A stretch of DNA of 63,580 bases, the filler included, from Chiloscyllium plagiosum (Eukaryota): the NCBI RefSeq assembly GCF_004010195.1. It is 6 parts of one record of this genome, joined end to end, with 100 filler letters (N's around TTAATTAATTAA, not from the genome) between each part and the next. Parts side by side here need not be neighbours in the genome. Positions count along the whole stretch, not along the records: positions 1 to 5,003 come from NC_057711.1; positions 5,104 to 28,345 come from NC_057711.1; 4 more parts are not named here. One strand, written 5' to 3'. Both the position numbers and the translations under genes were made by a program. The notes under the pieces are model-generated. The model saw nothing but the letters and a program-made list of their open reading frames with translations, was not told where the DNA came from and did not search any database. Shown piece after piece: positions 1-11,399 of this stretch (its first letter is position 1; each line of letters opens with the position of its first letter).

Positions 1-227
1 TGCACGGAGTTGGGGGCAGGGGCGGGTGGGAGGTGTTGCACAGAGTCGGGGGCGGGGAGTTGAGGGTGGAGTTGGGGGGGGAACCTTCGCGCGCTGTGTG
101 CTGCTGTAGTCTCCTGAATGGGGAGCAGACTTTTAAAACTCCGAGCCCCAAAGGAAAGGCATTTAATTGATTATCCGAACGAAATAGTGCCTGCCCAGCA
201 CATTCGGATAATCGAGGGTCCCCTGTA
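1..227. mobile_element. End of a Tigger/pogo-like non-autonomous DNA transposon (one TIR)
   Basis: Ends in CGGATAATCGAGGGTCCCCTG followed by TA, whose reverse complement CAGGGGACCCTCGATTATCCG resembles Tigger-type TIRs. A subterminal GATTATCCGAA is at ~169. The other end lies outside the window. Confidence 0.5.
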
Positions 228-815
228 TTCTGATTGAGGAGTTTAAAAACTCACTTCCAGTGATGGTAAGGATTCAAATGGAGGAAAGTTCAGGAAGTGA
301 GAAGGGTAGCAGAATTAGCAGATGAGTACATGTTGGTGCATAAGACAAGCTTCCAGCTAGAATTCCGTCCTGTGAGGGATAAAAGTTGGGAGAAGGGGAG
401 ATCCTATTCAACTAAACCAAGAGTGGGGAGCACAGATAAAATTATACTACAGGTTAAAGAAGCCCAAGAGGATGGACAGGAGGCAAAGACCTCAGGTGTT
501 TTCACTGTAATGGAGTGGGACACAGTGCCAGTGGTTTCAGAAGGACACTGGAAAAAGGTGTTTTCACTGCCAAAAGGTGGGACACGTAAAGTCACAGTGC
601 TGGTCGTTAAAGAAAGGCACTGTGGAAAAAAAAGATGTGGTAAAAGAAGCTAAGCCAGTGGCATTAGTGAAGGTGGTAAAGGAAACCCCAAGAAGAGCTG
701 AGGAACTGCAAGAGAGTGCACAGCCTAGGCAAGGGCTGGGTATGGAGTTAGTACCTGATCTCTATAAAGAATTTGCCTCTGTGGGTAAAGTTTACTCAGA
801 AAGAACAGGGGGAGG
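228..815 (+). mobile_element. Gypsy-type LTR retrotransposon gag fragment (frameshifted)
   Basis: CCHC zinc knuckle CFHCQKVGHVKSQCW at ~559-603, preceded by a partial duplicate CFHCNGVGH at ~497. Confidence 0.8.
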
Positions 816-1233
816 GGAACTGCCAAGCCCCAGTGGTAAAAGACTGCCTGAAAAATAGTTATCTTAAAAGTACCTTTTTTGATCAGTAACCTGTGAAGCA
901 GAATCCCTAAGAAGAAAAGAAGACACAAGAAGATTCAAATAGAAGAACCAAAAGCTGCCTGGGTTTGAGAAAAGAAGTCTTGTTTTGTATGTCTTATTTG
1001 GGAGTTTTATCAGACTAGTATTATAGAAGGGAAGGTAACAGGTAGGTTAGCATAAGGAATTGTAAATAGTTGTTAATTAATTATTCTCTGTTATACTTTA
1101 AGAAATAAAGTTGTTAATTATTACTTTAAATAGTTCTTGGCCACTTGAATTTTCACAGATTGCTGAATGGGATAACTCTTTTCTGGGTTGCTGGTTTTAA
1201 ACTAAGCAGGATGGTTTGCCCCATGTCATAACA
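810..1233 (+). mobile_element. 3' part of an LTR (same family as 54689-55378)
   Basis: Colinear similarity to 54955-55378; AATAAA at ~1104; ends TGTCATAACA and is followed by a tRNA-Pro primer-binding sequence. Confidence 0.85.
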
Positions 1234-1236
1234 GTT

Positions 1237-1274
1237 TGGGGGCTCATCCAGGATTTGAACCCAGGACCTCTCGC
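1237..1274 (-). other. tRNA-Pro-derived sequence (primer-binding site extended to at least 38 nt)
   Basis: TGGGGGCTCATCCAGGATTTGAACCCAGGACCTCTCGC is the reverse complement of the tRNA-Pro 3' half including CCA, with three G>A differences. Confidence 0.85.
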
Positions 1275-1689
1275 CACACAGAGACCCAGGAACGATACCA
1301 CCTGAAAGTTCCCCTCCAACTTACTCTTGATCCTGTTTTGGAAATATATGCAGTTTCTTCATGATTGCTGTGTCAAAATCCTGAATTTCCCTCTCTAGTA
1401 GCATTGCATATTTACCTGCAGGACTGCAATGGTTCAAGAAGGTAGCTTGCCATCGCCTTCTCGAGGGAACCTAGGGAAAGGCAGCAAATGCTGGCCAGCT
1501 AGCAATGCTCATGTCCCACAAGTGAATAAAAACAGAATGAAAATTCCATAACAAACAAGAGAGATTAAATCGATCATCAAGTCATTATCTCATTTCTGTT
1601 TGAAGGACCTTACCGTGGGAAAATTGGTTGCTGTGTTTCCTATGTTCCCAATTTTCAAAAGTACTTCATGGCTGTCAAAGTTTTTTTGA

Positions 1690-2330
1690 AGTGTGCTGCT
1701 TCTGTGCTCCCAAAAACATGAAACAATTCTTTCTTTCACATTCTACTTTGCTCAACAAAAATCTTCTAAACATGATTATACAGACTGCAGTTCATGGAAA
1801 GGATTACACAGCTTAACAGCTATTTATAATGCACAACTGACTCAAGGCGCTAGATGGTCCTCTCCTGTTTGTATTTTCCAACTATGCTTCAGAAATGTTC
1901 CAGAGCAATAGAGGCTAATGTTGCACTAAATCATTGCTGGAATACCTCCAACTTAAATACAATAGAATCTCAGATTCCCAATGGTGTAGTGACAGAATGA
2001 GCTCCATGGACCAAGAATATCCTTGCACAATTGACACATGTTAGTTGGGTGGGTGACGGCAATAGACATTGTAGCTGACCAGGACCTTGTTTCTGGTGGA
2101 GTTTGGTCAATTCTTGCTGGAAAATGCAAACTTGGGATGATGCATTGCAGTTCGGGGTGACATCGTAATCCCTTTCATGACTGAACAGTAATAATGAGCA
2201 GTTTCTTCTCAGTCCCTGAATGAATTGGGCAATGACAGGTCAGTTGGGAAAATATGACAAGAATTACAAAATGAGATTCTTGATATCAAGGAAAGAAAGT
2301 TCATCTTTCTACTGAAGGTTTTAATAGCAA
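1690..2330 (+). pseudogene. SMG6: Decayed SMG6-like segment A (helical linker region)
   Basis: ORF 1628-1816 has MKQFFLSHSTLLNKNLLNMIIQTAVHG, resembling SMG6 LKEFQVLLQHSPSPIGSTRMLQLMTINMFAVHN. 2101-2133 reads VWSILAGKCKL, resembling VWSTLADFCNI. Motifs are colinear, with stops and frameshifts. Confidence 0.7.
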
Positions 2331-2740
2331 GAGTCGAAAAGGGTGGCACTGGCAAAGCACAGTAGCTCAGGCAGCATCTGAGGAGCAGAGGAGTCAATAT
2401 TTCAGGCATAAGCTCTTCATTAGAATGTGGAGGGGAAAGAGGAAATGAGAGATAAAGAAGGGAGTGGGGGTGATGGGATGGCAGCTGGGAAGGTAATAGG
2501 TGGATGCGGGTGGGGGATAATTGTGATAGGTTGATGGTGAAGGTGGAGTGGAAAGGTGGGAAGGAAGATGGACAGGTAGGACAAATCAAAAGGGTGGTAC
2601 TGAGTTGGAGAGTGTGATCTTGAATGAGATAGGGGTTAGAGGAGATTTGAAAACTAGTGAAGTTGATTTTGATGTCATGTGATTGAAAAGTCCCAAGGTG
2701 GAAGATGAGGCATTTTTCCTCTAGTTGGTGGGTAGCTTTA
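2330..2740 (-). mobile_element. Penelope-like element 3' terminal fragment
   Basis: Similar to 15550-15960 and to the reverse complement of 18210-18615. Confidence 0.75.
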
Positions 2741-2749
2741 CAAGATCTC

Positions 2750-3320
2750 GATAGTTAGCAGTGCATGCAATAATGTTTCATTATTACTGAATCTCACCTC
2801 ATTTAGATTCACATTGCTATTTTTCCAGGCAGTGAAGAGAAGATAGATGACAACTCCTGACGTGAAGGTCTGAGTGGGTAACTACCGGCTGTAATTTGAA
2901 GGCATCTTCTCAGGTTTTTCACCTTGGCCAGCATTCTCCAACACATCAGGGCATATTCGATGGACAGCAACCATGCAATATCCATGGAGGTTGGCATCGG
3001 CCTATCACCAGCCTCACCACCTCATCAGGGCACATTAGACGTTCACTTTTCATATGGATCAGCACCTAAATGCTGCACTTTGGACACTACCAACACCTTA
3101 CATTGGATTACTGCTGCAAAGCAGTTTTGCTTACAAACAGGAGCACCAGCTCATGCCTTAGAGTAGGGTGGATCTCAGGACTCTTTGCTTGCTTTATTAG
3201 AGTTTATTTATTTTGTGTCCACTTAGATGTTCATAACACTTCTTCCTTTTCTTGTCTTGCTTTTGTCTTGCAAAAAGATAGCCAGGCAGCTTGTCATGTT
3301 TGGCAGCAATGAACAGTCAT
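2750..3320 (+). pseudogene. SMG6: Decayed SMG6-like segment B (partial repeat of linker region)
   Basis: PDVKV* (~2856) ~ PSVKVW; FFTLASILQH ~ WSTLADFCNI; DYCCKAVLL (ORF 3070-3312) ~ ADCKRVTVL, in the expected order. Confidence 0.5.
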
Positions 3321-3344
3321 TGGGGACTATGATCAGGCAGGCAA

Positions 3345-3468
3345 AATTGAGGACTGCAAATGCTGGAGATCAGAGTCTAGATTAGAGTGGTGCTGGAAAA
3401 GCACAGCAAGTCAGGCAGCATCCGAGGAGCAGCAAAATCAATGTTTCGGGCAATAGCCCTTCATCAGG
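3345..3468 (-). mobile_element. Short Penelope terminal fragment with hammerhead core
   Basis: Matches 15520-15640; reverse complement contains CTGATGAAGGGCTATTGCCCGAAAC. Confidence 0.8.
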
Positions 3469-3479
3469 AGGTGATTAGT

Positions 3480-4760
3480 CATTCAATCAGTCTTTATTGA
3501 AGTGTCCCAAGTAAATGAGTAGGAACTGCAAAGAGCAGGAAGGATTTTTAATTTGGGGATATGGTGTGAGTAAGAGCCATTGATCAAAGATGCTACATGC
3601 GGTATTGAGAATAATAGACTATGAGACTTAGTGGGAAGTGAGTGCAATGGCAGAGTTAAAATAAGTGAGGTAGCACAGGGTATATGGTGGCACTTATCCT
3701 TGCAGAGTGCATAAGCTTATTGATCATCTTACAGCATTGCTCTAGAACATGGACATTTTAGTAACCTGAGGGTTATTTCAGATCAGGCTGGTAGCATTTA
3801 ACATAGTAGGGTTGAAAAATGACACCAGCAGTGTGAATGCTAAATGAACCTGGCACCAGCAAGATATTTCTCCACTGGTGAGAGTAACTTAGTGTGAAAG
3901 CAGCACCATTTAGGCAAGGGTGAATAGTAAGATGAAGAATTGGATCTGATCACTCACTAGAACTGACAGAGGGAAATCCTCCAAACTCCTTGAAAGAGAG
4001 ACTTAGCTGATTTTTGGTAAAATTCAATCTTGCATTAGCCAGACAGAAGTACTGCGATCAGGCACCGGAGCGGATGTAACAGCCCAGAAAATTGTTGCGC
4101 AGCAAGCTAAGGAGAAGAACTATCCCAAAATGCTGCAGTTCCTCCAGATCAAATTATTCTTCCAAATCAAATCAACATTAAAAAGTTGACCTGATACGCA
4201 AATATGTTATACTATATAAATAATAAACCCTTAACATTAATTATCCAGTGCACATCAGGTTGGGACTAATTAGATTGCTTAGACACTGAGGCAAATTTTG
4301 AGTTCTGCAAATTCCTCTTTCTGCCCAATGATTAAATTGTGTGACCTTGTTTGGTGAGCTGTAGTGAAAGTTCATTCCATGTTTCTGGATTCAGTGTAGT
4401 AATTTGCAATATTTACACAGTGTTCAAGCTACAATTAGACAAGCTGCCTAGGGTAATGATCATGCTTGTTTCAGCTAGAGTTCAAAAAGACTGTGATGCA
4501 TTTTTTTACTCAGTGTGTATCTGGGGCAAATTGGCTTTCAGCCAGAGAGAAAGAGCATGCGAGTCGGGGAAGCTTAGGAGTGTTGATATGAACTAGGCTA
4601 TAATCCAACAGGTTTATTTGAAACCTGTTGGATTATAACCAAGTATCATGGAACTTTTGACTTTGTCCACCCCAGTCCAACACTGGCACCTCCATGTCAT
4701 GATATGAACCATTTCAAAAGTAAGCATTCTGTAGAAAGGAACAAGTGTGCTTGAAATAAA
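3480..4760 (+). pseudogene. SMG6: Decayed SMG6-like segment C including PIN domain
   Basis: RVHKLIDHLTALL (~3704) ~ RVTVLKYFLEALC; AQKIVAQQAKEKNYPKMLQ (4082-4138) ~ ARKIAEQQRRQEKIQAVLE. In the same frame FQIKSTLKS*PDT (4160-4198) ~ LEIRPLFLVPDT. Also *LDCLD ~ ELDGLA and DCDAFFYSVCIW (ORF 4351-4596) ~ NNDDLILSCCLH. Confidence 0.72.
4594..4699. mobile_element. Short fold-back retro-insertion with 10-bp TSD
   Basis: Hairpin TATAATCCAACAGGTTT/AAACCTGTTGGATTATA; TSD TGATATGAAC at 4584-4593 and 4700-4709; same family as 7746 and 57661. Confidence 0.75.
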
Positions 4761-6169
4761 ATGCATCATAACAGGTTAGCTAAAGACAATGTAACACAAA
4801 AGTTACACATGTGGGATATAAATGAATTAATGTTATTTCTGCAAGTATAAATTCTGATACAGAACAGGAATGAGAAAATACATATTCAGCAAAATGAAAG
4901 GATATGTTAGCATGAGACGTGAATACAGAACAATGGTAGATATATGGGCAAACAGGAAAACATCTGTTCTCCTCGCTTGCACAGAGACACAGGAACAAAC
5001 CCTNNNNNNNNNNNNNNNNNNNNNNNNNNNNNNNNNNNNNNNNNNNNTTAATTAATTAANNNNNNNNNNNNNNNNNNNNNNNNNNNNNNNNNNNNNNNNN
5101 NNNCCCAACCATCACCACCACCCCCACCCCCAACAGATGCTGCCACAGTTACTGGGTTTTTATTTTACCTTTTTCTGTTTTCATTATAATATAATCTCTG
5201 CTAAACCAGCTGTAATCTCGATTTTGCATTATTATGGACAGCATTTCAAGAATTTAAAATTAGTTACAGTATTTATATATAAAGGGAAAAATTTACATTT
5301 GTGAAGCACCTTCCTTAACCTCAGTAAATCCCTTAGCAGCCAACAAGCAAAGCTTTGAAATGTAGTCAATGTTGTATATACTTTGAAATGTATTAAGGTC
5401 ACAGCACTTAAAGATCTGTTAACAATGATGCAGCTGCACGGCACCACGATTGGAATATACAAATCACTCAGAAGCGAAGAAGGAATGACAAATGGTCACC
5501 TTCTCCATTGTAAAAATCTAAAATGTATTTCCAGTCCTTCCTTGTATCTGAAGCAAAAACACTCATTCAGCATTAGTTTACTTTCCTCACATTTGGTTAA
5601 CATGCAGTGCAGACTCAATGGGCCGAATGCCCTCTTTCTGCAATGTAGAGATTCCATGTTAATCAGTCTAAATTAACATATATAATCCTCCTTGGCACTT
5701 TACAGACTTGGTTCCAACCATACATGAGACTTCAGTATGGTGCAGTTTGCCAAGGCCCATAGAAACTGGTAATGTAAGTTTGCCACACACAATGAAGTAG
5801 ATTGCCAAATAAACAGTACATTAGCATGCTAAGCTTGTTGAAACAAAACAATGGCTTAAATCCTCACTCCAGTCCCCATATCTGTACATCTTTGTTTATC
5901 TTCTGGGTTTGTAATTTCCTTTCAAAGCTAGTCAAGGGTAGCTGTCAGGACTTCTTCCCTTTTGCCTGCACAGCGTTCAGCCCATTGAATTGACTATCAG
6001 AAAACTGGACAAAGTAGCACACTTTCCTTTGCAACAGTGTGGCCCAGAACTTTAGGGATTTTATCAGTCTTTAAATATGGAACGGGTTTATTTGTCTTAC
6101 TTTTTAATTTGCCCCAGTGAGTGCCAAGTGCACATGGTGCCAATCCCATAACTGAGATCACACATGTCA

Positions 6170-6970
6170 GCATCAGCTGATAATCTGGGCACACCAATGG
6201 CAGATGGAGTTTGATCCCAATAAATGTGATGTGATGTATTTCTGGAGATCTAATATGGAAGGACATATACAATGAATGGTAGGTCCTCATGAAGTGCTGA
6301 GGAACAAAGGGATCTTGGAGTACAAGTCCACAGATCCCTGAAGGTGTCAGCAGGATGGTGAAGGAGACATAAGGGTTGCTTGCCTTCATTAGCCAGGGTG
6401 TAGAATATAGGAGCAAGGATGTCTTGTTAAACTTTATAAAATGTTAGTTACGCTACAGATGAAATATTGCGTGCCATTCTGGTTGCTGCACTATTGGAAG
6501 GTTTGCACTGGAGAGGATGCAGAGGAGATTCACCAGAATATTGCCTAGGATGAAAAGTCTCAGTTATGGGGAGAGACTGGATAGGCTGGGTTTGTTTTCC
6601 TCAGAGCAGAAGAGGCTGAGGGAAATCTGATTGAATTAAACAAAATTATGAGAGGTGTAAACAGAGTAGATTGTGAGAATCTTTTCCCCATGGCAGATGT
6701 GTTGAAGATCAAAGAGCATAAAAGTTTAAGGTGAGTTTAGAGGAGATATGAGAAGGATTTTCTTTTCACCCAAAGTGTTGTACATATATGGAACGTGCTG
6801 TCTAAGAGGTGAAAGATGATAGTCTCCCAACCTTTAAAAAGCATCTAGACGAGTACATAAAATATCAGGGTATAATATGGGCAAAGTAGAGGCAAGTGGG
6901 ATGAGTGTAGTATAGGGTTCATTGGTCAGCATGGACATGTATAAGCCTGGGTCTAGTTGTTACTGTGCTG
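6170..6970 (+). mobile_element. CR1 LINE 3' fragment (degenerate)
   Basis: Similar to the WQMEF..KC and RMQRRFTRILPGM region of 21170-21990. Confidence 0.8.
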
Positions 6971-7550
6971 TGAAGATCACAGTCAAAGAACTACCTACTC
7001 ATGACACCTGCATTGCAGGATTTTCTCACTGAGTGCTAGAAACCAACTACTTAACAGAACTGTCAAAAAGTAACAGGACACCTGAAGGATTCTCTCGCTC
7101 TGAGTGCTCGTGACTAAACACCACCAAAAGGAAGCAGGATAAGAGGATTTCAACTCACCTGCAAAAGCCAAGAATCCCAAAATTGATATCAATTACCAAC
7201 ATTCCACACTTTACTTTTCGCAAACTATTCAAAGAGACTCATCCATTTATCTTTTAACTTTTATGTATTTATTTGACTCAATTCTTATTTCTAGTCTGTG
7301 TGTGTTGCATTTAGTAGGTAATAAATTCATCCTTTTTGTCAAGTCAAGAAAGTCTGTTTAATTTCGCTCCTTTTAAAACAAAAATTGGATTGGGCTGGGA
7401 GTACAATATTCACAAGGGAAGGATCCTGTTTAAATCAACCTCGTTGTGAGCAACTGAGAAGGTGGCTAAATAATGAAAGGGAGCCAGTTCATCCTTCCTT
7501 ACCCTGGAACTTAATGATTTGGGACATTTGGCTCGAACTGTAAAACTTCA
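6970..7550 (+). mobile_element. Probable solo LTR
   Basis: Starts TG, AATAAA at ~7320, and resembles the layout of the reverse complement of 25810-26100; ends not resolved. Confidence 0.35.
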
Positions 7551-7745
7551 GAGAACCTCGGCTGCAGTCCACTTAGAATATTAATGAGTCACCAAGCTTG
7601 GCCTCCTAACTTGGATCAGACAGAAATTTGCCCCATAAATGGACAGGTTCATTCAACCCTAGCTCCAGAGTTCAGCCCCAGATGTGTATCTGTAACTATT
7701 ACATTTGAGTTCAGAAGAAATTACTTCAATATTACAATTTTTCCA

Positions 7746-7950
7746 TGATTTGGAGATGCTGGTGTTGGACTGGGGTGTACAACATTAAAAATCACACAAC
7801 ACCAGGTTATAGTCCAACAGGTTTAATTGGAAGCACTAGCTTTCGGAGCACCGCTCTTGACAACCACCTGACGAAGGTGCGTCGCTCCGAAAGCTAGTGT
7901 GCTTCCAATTAAACCTGTTGGACTATAACCTGGTGTTGTGTGATTTTTAA
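7746..7950. mobile_element. Fold-back Penelope-type insertion with hammerhead core and 11-bp TSD
   Basis: Inverted arms of ~65 bp (7785-7849 and 7885-7950); CTGACGA...CGAAA at 7868-7892; TSD CAATTTTTCCA at 7735-7745 and 7951-7961. Confidence 0.8.
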
Positions 7951-8807
7951 CAATTTTTCCAATGTTTTAAGAATAGAGGGAATTGATTTAACCACGGGAA
8001 GTAACACCTCTTTCTCTGTAACTTTCAACAATATCCAAGATCACTGATCCACTTCTGGTCTCTTATGCATCCCTCACATTATCCCTTATGTTAAACACTC
8101 TACTATTGCAATCTTTTTTTCCAAAAACATACTTTTTTATGATATTTACGCAAGTGCATTAGATTGCTGTTCAAAGTGATATTATATAAAATACAATCCT
8201 GATCCATTTCTTGCAGTAATGTATGTGGCATGTTGAGGTACCTCACTGAATTTGAAATTCCTATCATTAGCTATGTCTTCAGCTGCCTGGGCCCTGATCT
8301 CCAGAAATCTTTCCCCAGCTCACTCCGTTATAATGTCACTTGAAACCTACCTCTTTAGCCAAAATATCTTTGTGCAAATATTTGGTTAATAAATCTTCTC
8401 TGATGCATCTTGGGAGTCAGTTGGCTGAAGAAATATAAAGTCCCAAAATAGCAAAGCTATACTTGATGAGGAAGACCAATTAGAGAATCAGCTAGTAGCC
8501 CAAATTTTTTTATACTGTTGCTTCTTCTACTCATTTACATCAACATCCAGGAAATCAGAAGCACCTTAAATTTGAGTGAATTGATCTCTCCATCTTATTC
8601 ACTAATCCTAACTTGTTATCAAGAACAACAGTTGGGAGTCTTGGAATTTTAGGTCTTGCAAAATCCATTGTTGAAATGAATGGAGGGGCAATCAGGCAGT
8701 TTTGGTAATGAGTGTTTCATACCCACCTAAAGCCCTCTCTACATCCAACTCTGGCTATGTTTACATAATACCCAGACAGACCAGATTATAAAAAAAATGA
8801 TATAGTG

Positions 8808-9150
8808 ATGGCGATGTGATGGCCTAGTGGTATTATTGCTGGATTGTTAATCTAGAGGCCCTGGTAACATTCTGGGGACCTGGGTTTGAATCCCACCATG
8901 GAAAATGGTGGAATTTGAACTGAATAAAAACTGGAATTAAGAGGCTAACAATTACCATGAAACAATTGTCGGAAAAACCCATCTGGTTCATTAATGTCCT
9001 TTAGGGAGGGAGATGTGCTATCCTTACCTTGTCTGCTTTGCATGTGACTGCAGACCCACATCCATGTGGCTGACTTAACTGCCCACTGGGCAATTAGGGA
9101 TGGGTAACAAATGCTGGCCGAACCCGCAATGCCCACACACCATGAATAAA
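8808..9150 (+). mobile_element. tRNA-derived SINE (second family)
   Basis: A-box-like TGGCCTAGTGG and B-box-like GGTTTGAATCC; inverted homolog at 33050-33370. Confidence 0.75.
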
Positions 9151-10009
9151 AAGAGACATGCAAAACAGTCAAAGAATTCAAACTATTTACCATTTTAAGA
9201 CATAAAAGCATCATGAAATACGTCACAGAAGAAGAAATAAATATGCACCATAGCCTTTGTGGAAGAGCTTTGAATAGTTACTGAAGATCTGGTCAAAAGG
9301 ATAAAGAAGAGTCCAGGAAAGTCCAAACTGTACAATACAAACAGCATCCATGAATTTCCTAAAGATGGATCAGAATCATTGCTAACTAAGCGCATTTATT
9401 TTTAATGTGAACGCTTTGTCAGTTTGTTTGTGTGGATGTAAATTATCAAGATGCATTCACTGTGGAGGAACCTATGGCAACAAGTCCTTGGCTATGTTTT
9501 CTGCAATGAGCCCTGTGTTTCACAGGCAATAAAAGTCCATTCTAGGCATGGCATTCTTATCAAATAAATTGACAAGCATAATTACTATGCGGTCAACTGT
9601 ATCCAGTGGCTACCTGTATATTAATTATTGAGACAAAATCCCTCAAAGACATCTCAGAAAGGTGGTGCAATGATGTTATTTTTAATTCAGCTTGAACTGA
9701 ATCTAACATCATGTAAAACAAAAGCAGAAGTAGCTGTGTCCACAAAACAGATTTGTCCATCAGCATCATTTGCACAAATTTTCAGACTTTATAAGGAGAG
9801 AGCAATCATGGTCAAATGTCTCTACTAAGAAGTTGACTTAGTAACAGAAATTTAAAATGGAGGATGATTATGGGATTCAGCAGGATTCTGCTTTCAAAGA
9901 ACCTTAGGCATGGCAGGCTAAGTAACCTGATAAGTTTCTATAATTCTATACAGATGTGTTTTGACTTGATCCAATCTGATGGATGACAATTCCCCCATTC
10001 ATCATTACA

Positions 10010-10690
10010 CTCTAGGTAGTGAATAGGCACTGGGGAGTTATAAGATGAGTAACCCACTTCAGACTTCCTAGCATCTCACCTGCTCTTGTAGCGCAGTTAT
10101 GGATATAGATGTTCCTGTTCACTTTCTAATTGAACCAAATCTGGATGTTGTCTAGGTTGTGCACACTGCTGACTCATGTCTATAGAGGTTGAAAATAGTA
10201 CTGAATTTTGGGCAAAAACACAAAATATCCAGACGTCTGATCCTATAAAGGAAGAAAGGTCATTGGTGAAGCAGCTGAAGGTAGTTGGGCCTATGTCACT
10301 CCCATGAGGAACTCCTGCAAACATGTCCTGGAACTGAGACAATTTACAAACAACAATCACAGCAATCTTGCTTTGTGTTAGTTATGACTCCAACTCCCTT
10401 TTAATTCCCATTGACTCCAGTTTTGCTAGGTCTTCATGATGCCGCACCCAGTCAAACACTGTCTTGATGTCAAGGGCAGTCACTCTCACCTCCCTTCTGG
10501 CATTCAGCTCTTTTGTCCCTGTTTGAACGAAGGCTACAATGAGCTCAAGATCTGAATAACCATGGCGGAATCTCAGCTCACCAGATTATTTCTCAGTAAA
10601 TGCTGCTTGAAAGCATTCTTGGTGATATCTTTGATCATTTCAGAAATGATTAAGAGGAGATGGATGGGGCATTACAAACCAGTTGAATTT
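10010..10690 (-). mobile_element. CR1/L2-type LINE RT fragment
   Basis: ORF 10097-10360 AGVPHGSDIGPTTFSCFTNDL resembles the GVPQGS RT motif; LDIKTVFDWV motif upstream. Confidence 0.8.
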
Positions 10691-11399
10691 ATCTTATTTT
10701 TTTGACTCTGTAAATTTAAAACCTGGCCTTCCAAACAAGCTATTTACACTTTCATGGGAGATTGAAGGGAGAGGGATGGGGTAAAAATTTTAAGATTGTG
10801 ATTGTTAGATTTTGTTAGACAAGGATATGATGGATTATAGAATCATGGTGGGTAACTGGAGTTAAAATAGTGATGAACCATAATCTAATTACATGGCAGG
10901 ATAAGGTGATGACACTGAAGGGCATCCTCCTGTTTCTATATTCCAATCCAACATTGCCAACATTTAGGGTCATATTAAATCCAGGAGCAGGTATGAATGA
11001 AAGAATAAGAAAAGTGTGGCTTCTGTGGAGTTGGCTGTGAGAGCTGAGCATTTAAATCTACAAAGTCTATATTGTTTCAGCCTGAGTGTTCTGTGAAATG
11101 TGCTACCTCTTTGCCAGGAGCATGTAATGAACTCCCAGAGGATCTCCCGCACTGTGAAACACTTCAGCCTGCCCAGTAATCCTCTCGAGCTTTTCCTTAT
11201 AAGGCAATTTAATTCCTCCACAGTAAAACAACAACAAGACAGAGTGTCAATTCTAGCAGCAGCAGACGAGTGTAACAATTTTCTCCACAGGAGTCTGAGC
11301 TATTTACTACTAATGACTGCTCAGAAGAAGCTCACATTAATAATTGCAAGCTCATAAACTGCTGCACCAATAAATTGCATGACATAATTCCAGTTTGTA

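Larger units (their letters stand above)
8400..11350 (+). pseudogene. SMG6: Decayed SMG6-like copy E (EST1 to PIN, interrupted by SINE and CR1)
   Basis: NLLSR (~8610) ~ SNLLSR; PLWKSF ~ ILWKNAF; IHEFPKDGSE ~ LELLDEGSD; KLTSIITMRS (~9567) ~ KLDAVYYYMRS. ORF 11100-11357 SNPLELFLIR...LLLMTAQKKL ~ GNELESIAFR...VVLLTDDRNL. Confidence 0.68.

Noticed and set aside
5024..5103. TTAATTAATTAA embedded in N runs (also near 28390, 41711, 53205 and 60227)
   Set aside because: Artificial scaffolding spacer giving stops in all frames; not biological.
7785..7950. Hairpin as a microRNA precursor or CRISPR-like repeat
   Set aside because: Dispersed multi-copy element with TSDs; no repeat-spacer array, and the context is eukaryotic.
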